From an uncultured Planctomycetia bacterium (GTDB taxonomy: Bacteria; Omnitrophota; Gorgyraeia; Duberdicusellales; 4484-171): a stretch of DNA of 32,000 nt. The notes beneath the pieces are model-generated. The model saw only the letters and a list, made by a program, of their open reading frames with translations, searched no databases and had not been told where the DNA came from. The first letter of the stretch is position 1. Every line of letters starts with the position of its first letter. The stretch spans positions 60,001 to 92,000 of the forward strand of contig CAZHYN010000001.1 in assembly GCA_964536865.1 (NCBI GenBank), in the 5' to 3' direction. Made by a program: the position numbers and the translations under genes. This document shows positions 1 to 8,494 of this stretch, in pieces.

Positions 1-800
1 ATTTCTTCTATTTAGCTAAGGATCATGAGACAGCTCTAGTTAACACCCTAATTGAGTTAAGATTACGTCGAGGTTTAACAGTTGTTCTAGGAGACATTGG
101 CACAGGTAAAACTACTCTCTCAAGAAAGTTAATTCAGGAATTGAGAGAAAGAGAAGATTTTATTTTTCATATAATTTTAGATCCTTTCTTTGAAAATCAA
201 ACAGAGTTTCTTTATTATCTCATAAGTAGTTTTGAAATACCATTCTCTACCAATTTAACTACTCTCACTCTTAAGGAAAGTTTAGAGAAATTCCTTTTTC
301 AAAAAGGAGTGATAGAAAATAAAATAGTAGTGCTCATCATTGACGAAGCTCAAAAACTTAGCGATTTTACTTTAGAAATGTTAAGAATTCTTCTTAACTA
401 CGAAACTAACGAATTTAAACTTCTTCAATTAGTTCTTTTAGGACAACTGGAGCTTCACACCAAAATCATGAGTATTCCCAATTTTTTCGATAGGATAAGT
501 TTCAAATACACTCTTAATCCTTTAAGTTTTGAAGAAACCAAAGATATGATTGAATTTCGCATTCGTCAAGCAGGATATAAGGCGAGAATGCGTCTTTTTT
601 TAGATGAGGCAGTAGAAGAGATTTATGGATATACTAAAGGGTATCCTCGCCGAATAACTATGCTTTGTCATAGGGCCCTTAAAGAGTTGGTAATGAGAAA
701 TAAGGTAGTGGTAGATAGAAAGTTAATCAGAGGTATTGTGGAAGAGGAGATCAAAACAGGATGGTATCGGGATCCTCTACTCCCGAAAGGGAGTTATTGA
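1..800 (+). CDS. ExeA/GspA/MshM-like AAA+ secretion ATPase, copy 1 (5' partial, runs off the window edge)
   Basis: The frame of ORF 141..800 stays open back to base 3 and reads FFYLAKDHETALVNTLIELRLRRGLTVVLGDIGTGKTTLSRKL. Walker A is GDIGTGKTT and Walker B is VVLIIDEAQ. LLGQLEL and GYPRRIT motifs are typical of ExeA/MshM and the PEP-CTERM-locus secretion ATPase family. Confidence 0.8.
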   Translation, partial: FFYLAKDHETALVNTLIELRLRRGLTVVLGDIGTGKTTLSRKLIQELREREDFIFHIILDPFFENQTEFLYYLISSFEIPFSTNLTTLTLKESLEKFLFQKGVIENKIVVLIIDEAQKLSDFTLEMLRILLNYETNEFKLLQLVLLGQLELHTKIMSIPNFFDRISFKYTLNPLSFEETKDMIEFRIRQAGYKARMRLFLDEAVEEIYGYTKGYPRRITMLCHRALKELVMRNKVVVDRKLIRGIVEEEIKTGWYRDPLLPKGSY

Positions 801-1420
801 AACTCATTGAGGCAGAAAAGAAAAGTTCCTCTAGGGGAGGAGAGGTAAAAAAACGGTTACGTTTCTCTTTCCTAGGAGCTCTTAGAGGACGGTGGGCCTT
901 CTTTAAGGAGGCCTTTTCTACTAATCGTAAAGTGTTTGTAGGAGATATTAGCTTGATTAATCGAATTCTTATGGGAGTAGCTATCCTTCTCGGTTTTTAT
1001 GTAGTGGTAAACAACACTCTTTCTTTTCTCGCTCTACCTCGAAAGATAGAAAAGACTATGCAGGTAAAAACTAGGAATTTTAAGATTTCTTCTTTGAAGG
1101 AGTTATCTATTCTAAAAGAAGCTTCCTACTATTTAGATAAAGTAAAAAAGAGAGATATCTTTGCAATGGTGATAGAGAAGCCCAAAGTGAAAGAAAAGGA
1201 GGAGAAAAAGTTAATTAAAGAAGTAGAAGAGAAAACAAAAGATTTAAAATTGGTAGGGATTGCCTGGTCAGACAATCCTGATGCTATGATTGAGGATACC
1301 AAGGTAGAAAAGACCTATTTTGTCAAACAGGGAGATATTATAAATGGTGTAAGGATAGAGAGGATTTTTAGAGATAAAGTGGTGTTAACCTATAAAGGAG
1401 AAAAGATAGAGTTAAAATGA
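761..1420 (+). CDS. Bitopic inner-membrane protein with a GspB/ExeB- or PilP/GspC-HR-like C-terminal domain (secretin-interacting partner of ExeA)
   Basis: Single TM helix (INRILMGVAILLGFYVVV). The C-terminus LKLVGIAWSDNPDAMIEDTKVEKTYFVKQGDIINGVRIERIFRDKVVLTYKGEKIELK matches the L.L.GI...A.I.....y.v..GD.i.g..v..I....V.L pattern of T2SS-B/PilP domains. The stop overlaps the secretin ATG (ATGA). The start is uncertain: ATG 761 or TTG 797. Confidence 0.5.
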   Translation: MVSGSSTPERELLKLIEAEKKSSSRGGEVKKRLRFSFLGALRGRWAFFKEAFSTNRKVFVGDISLINRILMGVAILLGFYVVVNNTLSFLALPRKIEKTMQVKTRNFKISSLKELSILKEASYYLDKVKKRDIFAMVIEKPKVKEKEEKKLIKEVEEKTKDLKLVGIAWSDNPDAMIEDTKVEKTYFVKQGDIINGVRIERIFRDKVVLTYKGEKIELK

Positions 1421-3156
1421 GAAGCAAGTTTATTACTTTGTCTATCTTATTTCTCTTATCTATTAATTTTTCCTTTTTGTATGCGGATTTAGTTTCCTCA
1501 ACTAATGAGAAGATAAATAGAGATTCCTCTAGAGAAATGGAAGAGAGGATTTCTTTAGATCTGCGGAATATCGATATAGTAGATGCTCTTAAATTTTTAG
1601 CAGAGAAAGCAGGAATAAATATCGTTACTACTAAAAAAGTTAGCGGGAGAGTGACTCTCAAGGTAGACAACGTTCCTATAAAGGATATTTTTGATGTGAT
1701 GCTTCGTTCTAACAATTTAGCTTATGATAAGAAGGGGAATATTTACAATGTAATGACTGAAGAAGAATACAAAGCTCTATATGGGAAGAAGTTTTCCGAC
1801 CCCCGTCAAGTAAAGATAATTGATCTTAAGTATGCACTCCCTGAGCAGATATTTTCTTTATGTGATGTTTTAAAGAGCGATATAGGAAGAATATTGGTTA
1901 ATCCAGAGTCAGGTAAAGTGGTGATTATGGATTCTCCTGAGAAGATTAAGGAGATTGAGGAGGCTATCGAGCGATTTGAAAAAAAGAATGTAGTTAAAGT
2001 TTTTGATATAAACTATGGAGACGCTAAAGAGATTGCTGAACGTCTCAGGAGCCAACTGGAAGCTAAAAAAGTCGGTACAGTTCAGGCAGAGGAGGCTACC
2101 AATCAGATAATTATACAGACTCTTCCCGAGAGGATGAAGGAGATAGAGAGAATAATTAAGAAATTGGATAGGAAAACTAAAGAAGTTTTAATAGAGGGTA
2201 AAATTATAAAGGTAAAGTTCTCTAAGAGTCTAACAGAGAGTGTGGAATGGGAAGGGCTTTTTGATATTGCAAGAAAGCATGGACTAACTTATCTGGGTAC
2301 TTATCCTTTTAGCGCTGTTCAAGCTACTACCGATGCTTGGCGTTCACGAAAGCAGGTCTGGCAGGATACAGGGTATGTAGGTTCTTACCCTTTCAGTGGT
2401 ACCACTTCTAATTACTCAGCAGGGAAACCTAAAATGGGGTTAGAGGAAATGCATATAGGTATTATTGGTAAACATGATTTTGATGCTTTAATAAAATCCT
2501 TTAGGGAGATAGGGGAAACCCAGATTATTTCCACCCCTAAAATTATTATTACGGATAACCAGGAAGCTAATCTTCATGTAGGGGAAAGACAGGCATATGT
2601 TACTACCACTACAACTACTGGTCAGACTACTAGTACAGTTTCTGAAGAGGTCAACTTCGTAGATGTGGGAACAATTCTTTCTCTAACTCCTAAAATAAAC
2701 GAAGAAGGGTATATAACTTTAAAGATAAAGGCAGAGGTTAGTACGGTAATCTCAGAGTTGATTACTCCTACAGAGAACAAAATTCCTATAATTGATACAT
2801 CTACCGCTGAAACTACAGTGATGGTTAAAGATGGTACTCCTATTTTAATCGGAGGACTAAGGAAGGAGGAGAAAGGATTAACTTCTAAGAAAGTTCCCTT
2901 TCTAGGAGATATACCTCTTTTAGGGAAATTATTCACTTCTTATGAACCTACGCAAGGAAGGACAGAGCTGTTGATTGTTTTAACTCCTAGAATTATAAGG
3001 GGAGATATGTTTGTAGGATATACCAAAAAGAATGTGGGGCAGAAGCCTATAAAGGGAGAGAAGGTTTACTGGGAGGTAAAGCTTAAAGAGAAAAAGGAGC
3101 TGGAGAAAGAGCTCCCTTTAACTAAAGAAAGTAAATTTAAGGGGTTTAAATTCTAA
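1417..3156 (+). CDS. Secretin (GspD/PilQ/MshL family), paralog 1
   Basis: Signal peptide. N0/STN-like domain (ISLDLRNIDIVDALKFLAEKAGINIVTTKKVSGRVTLKVDNVPIKDIFDVMLRSNNLAY). C-terminal secretin core (IISTPKIIITDNQEANLHVGERQAY ... KIPIIDTSTAETTVMVKDGTPILIGGL ... KVPFLGDIPLLGKLF ... RTELLIVLTPRII). Ends in ...GFKF. Confidence 0.85.
   Translation: MRSKFITLSILFLLSINFSFLYADLVSSTNEKINRDSSREMEERISLDLRNIDIVDALKFLAEKAGINIVTTKKVSGRVTLKVDNVPIKDIFDVMLRSNNLAYDKKGNIYNVMTEEEYKALYGKKFSDPRQVKIIDLKYALPEQIFSLCDVLKSDIGRILVNPESGKVVIMDSPEKIKEIEEAIERFEKKNVVKVFDINYGDAKEIAERLRSQLEAKKVGTVQAEEATNQIIIQTLPERMKEIERIIKKLDRKTKEVLIEGKIIKVKFSKSLTESVEWEGLFDIARKHGLTYLGTYPFSAVQATTDAWRSRKQVWQDTGYVGSYPFSGTTSNYSAGKPKMGLEEMHIGIIGKHDFDALIKSFREIGETQIISTPKIIITDNQEANLHVGERQAYVTTTTTTGQTTSTVSEEVNFVDVGTILSLTPKINEEGYITLKIKAEVSTVISELITPTENKIPIIDTSTAETTVMVKDGTPILIGGLRKEEKGLTSKKVPFLGDIPLLGKLFTSYEPTQGRTELLIVLTPRIIRGDMFVGYTKKNVGQKPIKGEKVYWEVKLKEKKELEKELPLTKESKFKGFKF
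2337..2402 (+). repeat. 66-nt near-identical island shared with 5248..5313 (secretin paralogs)
   Basis: Direct comparison: 33 nt identical (2337-2369 = 5248-5280), then 10 nt with 4 mismatches, then 23 nt identical (2380-2402 = 5291-5313). Confidence 0.9.
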
Positions 3157-4355
3157 TGGGGAATTTTTTTAAGAGAGCTTCTTTCTTTCTTATCTTAAGT
3201 ATCTTAAGTATAAGTGTGGGGATTTTTGCTTTTTTAGGTTACCAAAGAGTTTCAATAAAGTCAAAGGCCAATACGGGATGTCTTCAGTTAGTTGAGGATT
3301 ACACTAATTTAGTCAAGGAATTAGCGAAGTTTAAGGCTAAGGCAGACTCTTTAGAAGTAGACAATAAGATGCTAGTTGAAGAAATGGATCGTTTGGAGAA
3401 GCAGTTAAAGGAAGTTAAGTCAGCAAAGGAAGAGGTCATTAAACAGCTTCTTGTTTTGAAAAAAGAGTGTTCCAGAAAAGAAAAGGAGTACCATTCTCTT
3501 AGAGAGAGAGTACAGATTTTAGAGAAAGAGAAAAAGAAATTATCTCAGGACAATGTAGCTTTAAATAATGTGGTGAAAAAATTAGAAAGAGACTTAACTC
3601 AGTATAAGAGCAGGTTAGAAGAGTATAAAAAAAAGGTGGCTAAAGAGAGTGAGCTTCCAGAGGATATTAAGGAACTTAAGAGTGTGCTAGAAGAAAAGAG
3701 AAGAAAGTTTTTCCAAGGATATACGGAGCTACAGAAGAGGGCACTTACTTTAGAAAAAGAAAATCAGCGGCTTACTAACCTTCTTAAGAAAACCCAGGAA
3801 GAGCTCGCTAAATTGGAGAAAGAAAACAAAGAGATTAATTCTTCCTTAAAGAGGCAAAAAGTCTTACTGGCTGAGATAGAAACTGATAGGGATTTTTACA
3901 AAATAGAGGGAGAAAAATCTAGAATAGAACTTAAAAAGTGTAATCAGACCCTTTTTCAACTCCAAAATAAATACAGTGCTGTTTTAAGAGAAAATCAGGA
4001 TCTTAAAGCAAAAATTGAGGTTATGCCCCGTAAGCTTATGGAGCTATCTCAATTAAATAAAGAACTTCTTAAGGAGAAAGCACGCCTCCACTATAACTTA
4101 GGGGTTTTTTACACCCAAAAAGGAGAGTACAAAAAAGCAATTAAAGAATTTCAAGAAGTTTTAAAGGTAGACCCTAACGATGCCGATACGCATTATAATT
4201 TAGGAGTAATATACTCTGAGTATGAGGTAGATAATGAAAAAGCAATAGACCATTTCAGAAAGTACTTAGGGTTAGCTCCTCAAGATATCTACGCTGACAA
4301 GGTAAGAGAATATCTTGTCTCTCAAGAAGTGGTTAAGGGGGATAAAGCTAAATGA
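3156..4355 (+). CDS. Membrane-anchored long coiled-coil protein with C-terminal TPR repeats (partner of secretin 1; MshN/pilotin-like role is possible)
   Basis: N-terminal TM (FFLILSILSISVGIFAFLGY), then about 260 aa of K/E/L heptad-like sequence. C-terminal TPRs (LHYNLGVFYTQKGEYKKAIKEFQEVLKVDPNDADTHYNLGVIY...). TAATG overlap with the upstream gene and ATGA overlap with the downstream gene. Confidence 0.7.
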   Translation: MGNFFKRASFFLILSILSISVGIFAFLGYQRVSIKSKANTGCLQLVEDYTNLVKELAKFKAKADSLEVDNKMLVEEMDRLEKQLKEVKSAKEEVIKQLLVLKKECSRKEKEYHSLRERVQILEKEKKKLSQDNVALNNVVKKLERDLTQYKSRLEEYKKKVAKESELPEDIKELKSVLEEKRRKFFQGYTELQKRALTLEKENQRLTNLLKKTQEELAKLEKENKEINSSLKRQKVLLAEIETDRDFYKIEGEKSRIELKKCNQTLFQLQNKYSAVLRENQDLKAKIEVMPRKLMELSQLNKELLKEKARLHYNLGVFYTQKGEYKKAIKEFQEVLKVDPNDADTHYNLGVIYSEYEVDNEKAIDHFRKYLGLAPQDIYADKVREYLVSQEVVKGDKAK

Positions 4356-6109
4356 GAAAAGTTATTATCTCTTTTATAATTTTATCGATTTTAATAGTCT
4401 ATCCAGGGTTTCCTTTTTCCTCCAGAGAGGAAAATGATAAATTATCTAAAAGAATTTCTCTAAATTTCCAAAATATTGATATTCTAGAAGCATTAAAGTA
4501 TATTGCTATAAAAGGAGGGATAAATATTATTCCTACCAGAAAAGTTTCAGGGAGGGTAACTCTTAAGGTAGATAACGCTCCTATAAAAGATATTTTTGAT
4601 ATTATGCTCCGCTCCAATAATTTAGCCTATGATAAGAAAGGGAGTATCTACAATGTGATGACTGAAGAAGAGTATAAAGCCCTCTATGGTAAAAGTTTTT
4701 CTGATACTAGGAAAGTGAAAGTATTCCATCTTACTTACGCTATACCAGAGCAGATTATGAAACTCTGTGAGAATATGAAAAGTGAGATTGGAAAGATATT
4801 TTTGGATTCTGAATCGGGTAGTTTAGTAGTAATTGATACTCCTCAGAATATAGAAGAGATAAGCAAAGCTATAGAAGATATAGAGAGCAAAAAAACGGTG
4901 ATTAAAGTATTTGATTTAAAGTACGCTAATGCTAAAGTTATAGCCGATAAGCTTAAGGAGCAAATTACTAAAAAAGGCATAGGATTTGTTCAAGCAGATG
5001 AAGCTACCAGTCAAGTAGTTGTACGAACCCTGCCAGAGAGGATGGAAGAAGTTGAAAAGATAGTTGAGGAGCTGGATAAGAAGACAAAAGAAGTGTTAAT
5101 AGATGCAAAAATCGTCAAAATTACCTTCTCTCGAGAGCTAACCCGAGGAATAGAGTGGGAAGGGCTTTTTGATGTAGCAAGAAAGTACGGTCTTACTTAT
5201 ATTGGTTCCTACCCTTTTAGTTTCGTAAGTCATACCACTACAGGCAGTTGGCGTTCACGAAAGCAGGTCTGGCAGGATACCGGATACGTTGGTTCTTACC
5301 CTTTCAGTGGTACAGCTTTTAATTATTCTAATAGCGGTAAAGTAGTAGGGGTTGAAAAGCTTCATGTAGGAGTGATAGGAAAGCATGATGTTGATGCTCT
5401 ATTTAAGTATCTCAACACTTTAGGGGAGACAAAAATTGTAGCTAATCCTAAACTAGCGGTAGTAAACAATCAGGAAGCACGCATTCACATTGGAGAAAAA
5501 CAAGCCTATATTACAAATACCACTACTCAGACAGCAAGTACCACTACGGTAGCGGAGGAAGTTACCTTTGTAGATACAGGAATTCAACTTTCCGTCACTC
5601 CAACCATAAATGAAGAGGGTTTTGTTACTATAAAGTTGAAACCGGAAATAAGCAGTGTAGCTTCTTATTTAGTTACTGCCTCCAATAATAAGATTCCCAT
5701 AATCACCACCTCCACCGCAGAAACAACAGTAATTGTAAAAAATGCCACCACCATTATTATTGGGGGCCTAAAAGAAGAGAAGGAGGAGAAAAGTTCCAAG
5801 GAAGTTCCTGTGTTAAGTAAGATTCCTATGATAGGAGCCTTTTTTTCCTCAAAAAATAAAACCAAAACTCGCTCAGAACTTCTTATCTTGGTCACTCCCC
5901 ATATAATTAAAGGGGATGAGCTTACTACTGGATATCAGAGAGATTTTGGGCATCGTCTGGATAAAGAGGATCAACCTTACGCTTCCTTCTCTCCCCAAAA
6001 AATAGAATTTGAGTGCAAACCTTATCAATCTTATCCTCGCTTAGATGAAAAGGAGTCTTTTAAATTAAAGCCAGCAAGGGTTTCTTATGAAGAAGATCCC
6101 AAAGGTTGA
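4352..6109 (+). CDS. Secretin (GspD/PilQ/MshL family), paralog 2
   Basis: Same domain layout as 1417..3156, with long identical peptide blocks (SGRVTLKVDN.PIKDIFD.MLRSNNLAYDKKG.IYNVMTEEEYKALYGK.FSD; WRSRKQVWQDTGYVGSYPFSGT). Secretin core: IVANPKLAVVNNQEARIHIGEKQAY ... KIPIITTSTAETTVIVKNATTIIIGGL ... EVPVLSKIPMIGAFF ... RSELLILVTPHII. The C-terminal tail is divergent. Confidence 0.85.
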   Translation: MRKVIISFIILSILIVYPGFPFSSREENDKLSKRISLNFQNIDILEALKYIAIKGGINIIPTRKVSGRVTLKVDNAPIKDIFDIMLRSNNLAYDKKGSIYNVMTEEEYKALYGKSFSDTRKVKVFHLTYAIPEQIMKLCENMKSEIGKIFLDSESGSLVVIDTPQNIEEISKAIEDIESKKTVIKVFDLKYANAKVIADKLKEQITKKGIGFVQADEATSQVVVRTLPERMEEVEKIVEELDKKTKEVLIDAKIVKITFSRELTRGIEWEGLFDVARKYGLTYIGSYPFSFVSHTTTGSWRSRKQVWQDTGYVGSYPFSGTAFNYSNSGKVVGVEKLHVGVIGKHDVDALFKYLNTLGETKIVANPKLAVVNNQEARIHIGEKQAYITNTTTQTASTTTVAEEVTFVDTGIQLSVTPTINEEGFVTIKLKPEISSVASYLVTASNNKIPIITTSTAETTVIVKNATTIIIGGLKEEKEEKSSKEVPVLSKIPMIGAFFSSKNKTKTRSELLILVTPHIIKGDELTTGYQRDFGHRLDKEDQPYASFSPQKIEFECKPYQSYPRLDEKESFKLKPARVSYEEDPKG

Positions 6110-7064
6110 GAAAGTTGACCTAAATAAGATATCTTTATCTTTGGTACTTTTTATTTCTTTTCTCTACTTTCCCTACGTTTATACCCAAGAGAAGAGTGTT
6201 TCTTTAAAGGAGGAATATCGGAAACTAAAGGAGGCATATGATCAGGTAGTTAAAGACAGAGATAATCTTTTATTTCAGGCAAAAAATCTCCTGAAGTATA
6301 AAAAGAAGGTTAGGGAGCTGGAGAAAGAGCTCCAAGATTTACTCAAAGAGAAAGAGAAGTTTGATTTAGAGATTAAAAAAAGGGAAGACTATATTAAAGA
6401 GCTTAAGAAGAAAATTAAGGAGCTTACCCAAGAAAATACTCAGCAGTTGGAGCAAATCGCGGCTTTAAAAAATTATATTGAAAAGATGGAGGTTGAATAT
6501 AAAATAATTAATGAGACAAGGAAGAAAATTAAGGAGTTAAAGGACGAAAAAAGAAAGTTAAAAGGTGAGATAAGGAAATTAACTGCTAAGATAAAGAAGC
6601 TAGAGGACGAAAAGATCGATTTAAAAGCAGAGACTTTGGTATATAAGAGGCAATTCTACGAAATAAGGAGAAAGTATGAGGAGGCATTAGCTAAGAATAG
6701 AAGATTGGAAAAAAAATTAGCTGAGGTTCCTAAAAAGTTTGCTGAGATTGCTAGAGAAAATAAAGCTCTTATAAAAGAAACTGCGTTGATGCATTATAAC
6801 TTAGGAGTTTTTTATACCCAACATAAGGAGTATAAGCGAGCAATTGCTGAATTTGAAAAAGCAATTGAGCTTAATCCTGACGACCCTTATGCTCATTTTA
6901 ATCTTGGTTATATTTATGCTGAGTATCTCCTAAATCGTCCCAAGGCTATAGAACATTTCAGGCATTACCTCCGGTTGGCAGATAAGAACGATAAAGATGT
7001 TGATTGGGTAAAAAAATATATTCTCACTTGGCAGGCTTGGGAAGGAAAGACCCCTCTTAAGTGA
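6087..7064 (+). CDS. Membrane-anchored coiled-coil + TPR protein (paralog of 3156..4355; partner of secretin 2)
   Basis: N-terminal hydrophobic segment (ISLSLVLFISFLYFPYVY), about 200 aa of coiled-coil-like sequence, then a TPR block (MHYNLGVFYTQHKEYKRAIAEFEKAIELNPDDPYAHFNLGYIY...AIEHFRHYL) colinear with the C-terminus of 3156..4355. Confidence 0.7.
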   Translation: MKKIPKVEKVDLNKISLSLVLFISFLYFPYVYTQEKSVSLKEEYRKLKEAYDQVVKDRDNLLFQAKNLLKYKKKVRELEKELQDLLKEKEKFDLEIKKREDYIKELKKKIKELTQENTQQLEQIAALKNYIEKMEVEYKIINETRKKIKELKDEKRKLKGEIRKLTAKIKKLEDEKIDLKAETLVYKRQFYEIRRKYEEALAKNRRLEKKLAEVPKKFAEIARENKALIKETALMHYNLGVFYTQHKEYKRAIAEFEKAIELNPDDPYAHFNLGYIYAEYLLNRPKAIEHFRHYLRLADKNDKDVDWVKKYILTWQAWEGKTPLK

Positions 7065-7079
7065 AAGAAAGGAGGATTT

Positions 7080-7658
7080 ATGAGAAGAACTATTTTTATT
7101 TTAATTAGTATTATACTTACTCTTTCTCTTATGGATAATATAGAGGCTTCCTCTGGGAGAGTTCCAAGGGAGGAAAAAGAAGGTGCTGGTCCTCCTCAAG
7201 TATCCAGAGAAACTGCCCCCTCCAAAAAAGAAGCAGTTAGATCTCTTTCTAAAGAAAGACAAAAGAAACTAGAGGCAAAGCGTCTTCAGAAAGAGAAGGA
7301 GCTTTTACAAAAGAAGAAAAAAGCATTAAATAACACTGAATGGGATATAGAAATTGTTCCTATAGGTAGAAAAGGTAGAAAGACCAAAGACACCTTAATT
7401 TTTAAAGATATGAAAGTTTTTTCTAAGAATCTAAAAAATAAAAAATTCTCCCCTACTAACTACTCCTTACATCTTAATCAGGATGGAACTTTAGTCTGGG
7501 AAACTATGCAGACAAATCAGGATGGAAAGATTGTGTTCTGGCGAGGAGAGGTTACCCCAGATATGAGGTTTATGAGAGGGATAATTACTTTTCCTGATGA
7601 GGAGAAAAATAAAGATTTTAGTTTTAAGAGTACAGCTAAAAGAATTTTGGCTCCTTAA
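7080..7658 (+). CDS. Secreted protein of unknown function (signal peptide, charged linker, beta-rich C-terminal domain)
   Basis: Strong SD (aaaggagg) 5-6 nt upstream of the ATG. Signal-peptide-like N-terminus MRRTIFILISIILTLSLMDNIEA. I recognise no family motif. Confidence 0.6.
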   Translation: MRRTIFILISIILTLSLMDNIEASSGRVPREEKEGAGPPQVSRETAPSKKEAVRSLSKERQKKLEAKRLQKEKELLQKKKKALNNTEWDIEIVPIGRKGRKTKDTLIFKDMKVFSKNLKNKKFSPTNYSLHLNQDGTLVWETMQTNQDGKIVFWRGEVTPDMRFMRGIITFPDEEKNKDFSFKSTAKRILAP

Positions 7659-7678
7659 AATAACGAGGGAGGTGATTT

Positions 7679-8494
7679 ATTTATACTGAATATTGGGGCC
7701 TAACCTGTAAGCCATTTGAAAATGTAGCTGATCCTAACTTTTTCTATTGTTCTTCCACTCATCGAGAGGCTTTAGCAAGGATGATTTATGCGGTAAGAGA
7801 GAGAAAGTTAGGATTTCTTCTATTGGGCAGATATGGTTTAGGCAAGACTTTTTTGAGCAAGGCCTTAGAGAAAGAGTGTTCCGATAGTAACTATAGGTTT
7901 GTATCTATCTCCAATCCTCGACTTACTCCTTTAGAACTAGTTAAAGAAATCAGCTATCAGCTGGGAGTAGTTCCAGTAGATCAAAGTTGGACTAAGGTTG
8001 ATTATCTTCATAAGATAAAAGAGACTTTGGAGAAAAATTACCAGGAAGGTTTCCATACTGTCATTATAATAGATGAAATGCAAAGTATTGAAAGTAACGA
8101 AGTACTTGAAGAAATAAGGCTATTTTTCAATTTGCAGAAAGAGGTTATCTTTTTTACTTTAATCCTTTTGGCCCAATTATCTTTTAAAGAAAATTTAGAG
8201 AAGTTTCCTCACTTCAAACAAAGGATACCTATAAGATATGAACTGTCTCCTTTGGATGAAGGAGAAACAAAAAAGTATATAGAGTTCCGCTTAAAAAAAG
8301 CAGGTGCAGCTAAAGAGATTTTCTCTTCCAAGGCATGTAAGCAGATTTATGCTCTAAGTAAAGGAGTTCCTCGCTTGATAAATAATATTTGTGACTTAGC
8401 TCTTTTAGCAGGGTACTTAGATAGTTTGGAAGTAATCAAAGAAGATACTATCCTTCAAATAGCTCAGGATCTGGGGGAGACACCAAATGATTGA
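7679..8494 (+). CDS. ExeA/GspA/MshM-like AAA+ secretion ATPase, copy 2 (proposed ATT start)
   Basis: Walker A GRYGLGKTF, Walker B VIIIDEMQ, KGVPRLIN motif. The first ATG (7781) truncates the family-typical N-terminus. The frame is open from 7676 and encodes YTEYWGLTCKPFENVADPNFFYCSSTHREALARM. The only start-like codon is ATT 7679, which sits 6 nt after a near-perfect SD GGGAGGTGA (7667-7675). Confidence 0.75.
   Translation: MYTEYWGLTCKPFENVADPNFFYCSSTHREALARMIYAVRERKLGFLLLGRYGLGKTFLSKALEKECSDSNYRFVSISNPRLTPLELVKEISYQLGVVPVDQSWTKVDYLHKIKETLEKNYQEGFHTVIIIDEMQSIESNEVLEEIRLFFNLQKEVIFFTLILLAQLSFKENLEKFPHFKQRIPIRYELSPLDEGETKKYIEFRLKKAGAAKEIFSSKACKQIYALSKGVPRLINNICDLALLAGYLDSLEVIKEDTILQIAQDLGETPND

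Noticed and set aside
1368-1715. Minus-strand ORF (115 aa). Its peptide resembles another minus-strand ORF at 4399..4617 (..ERSI.SKISFIG.LSTLRVTLP..), which could look like a conserved antisense gene family.
   Set aside because: Both lie antisense to the near-identical N0-domain regions of the two secretin paralogs. Their similarity is a mirror image of the sense-strand paralogy. There is no SD and the composition is low-complexity.
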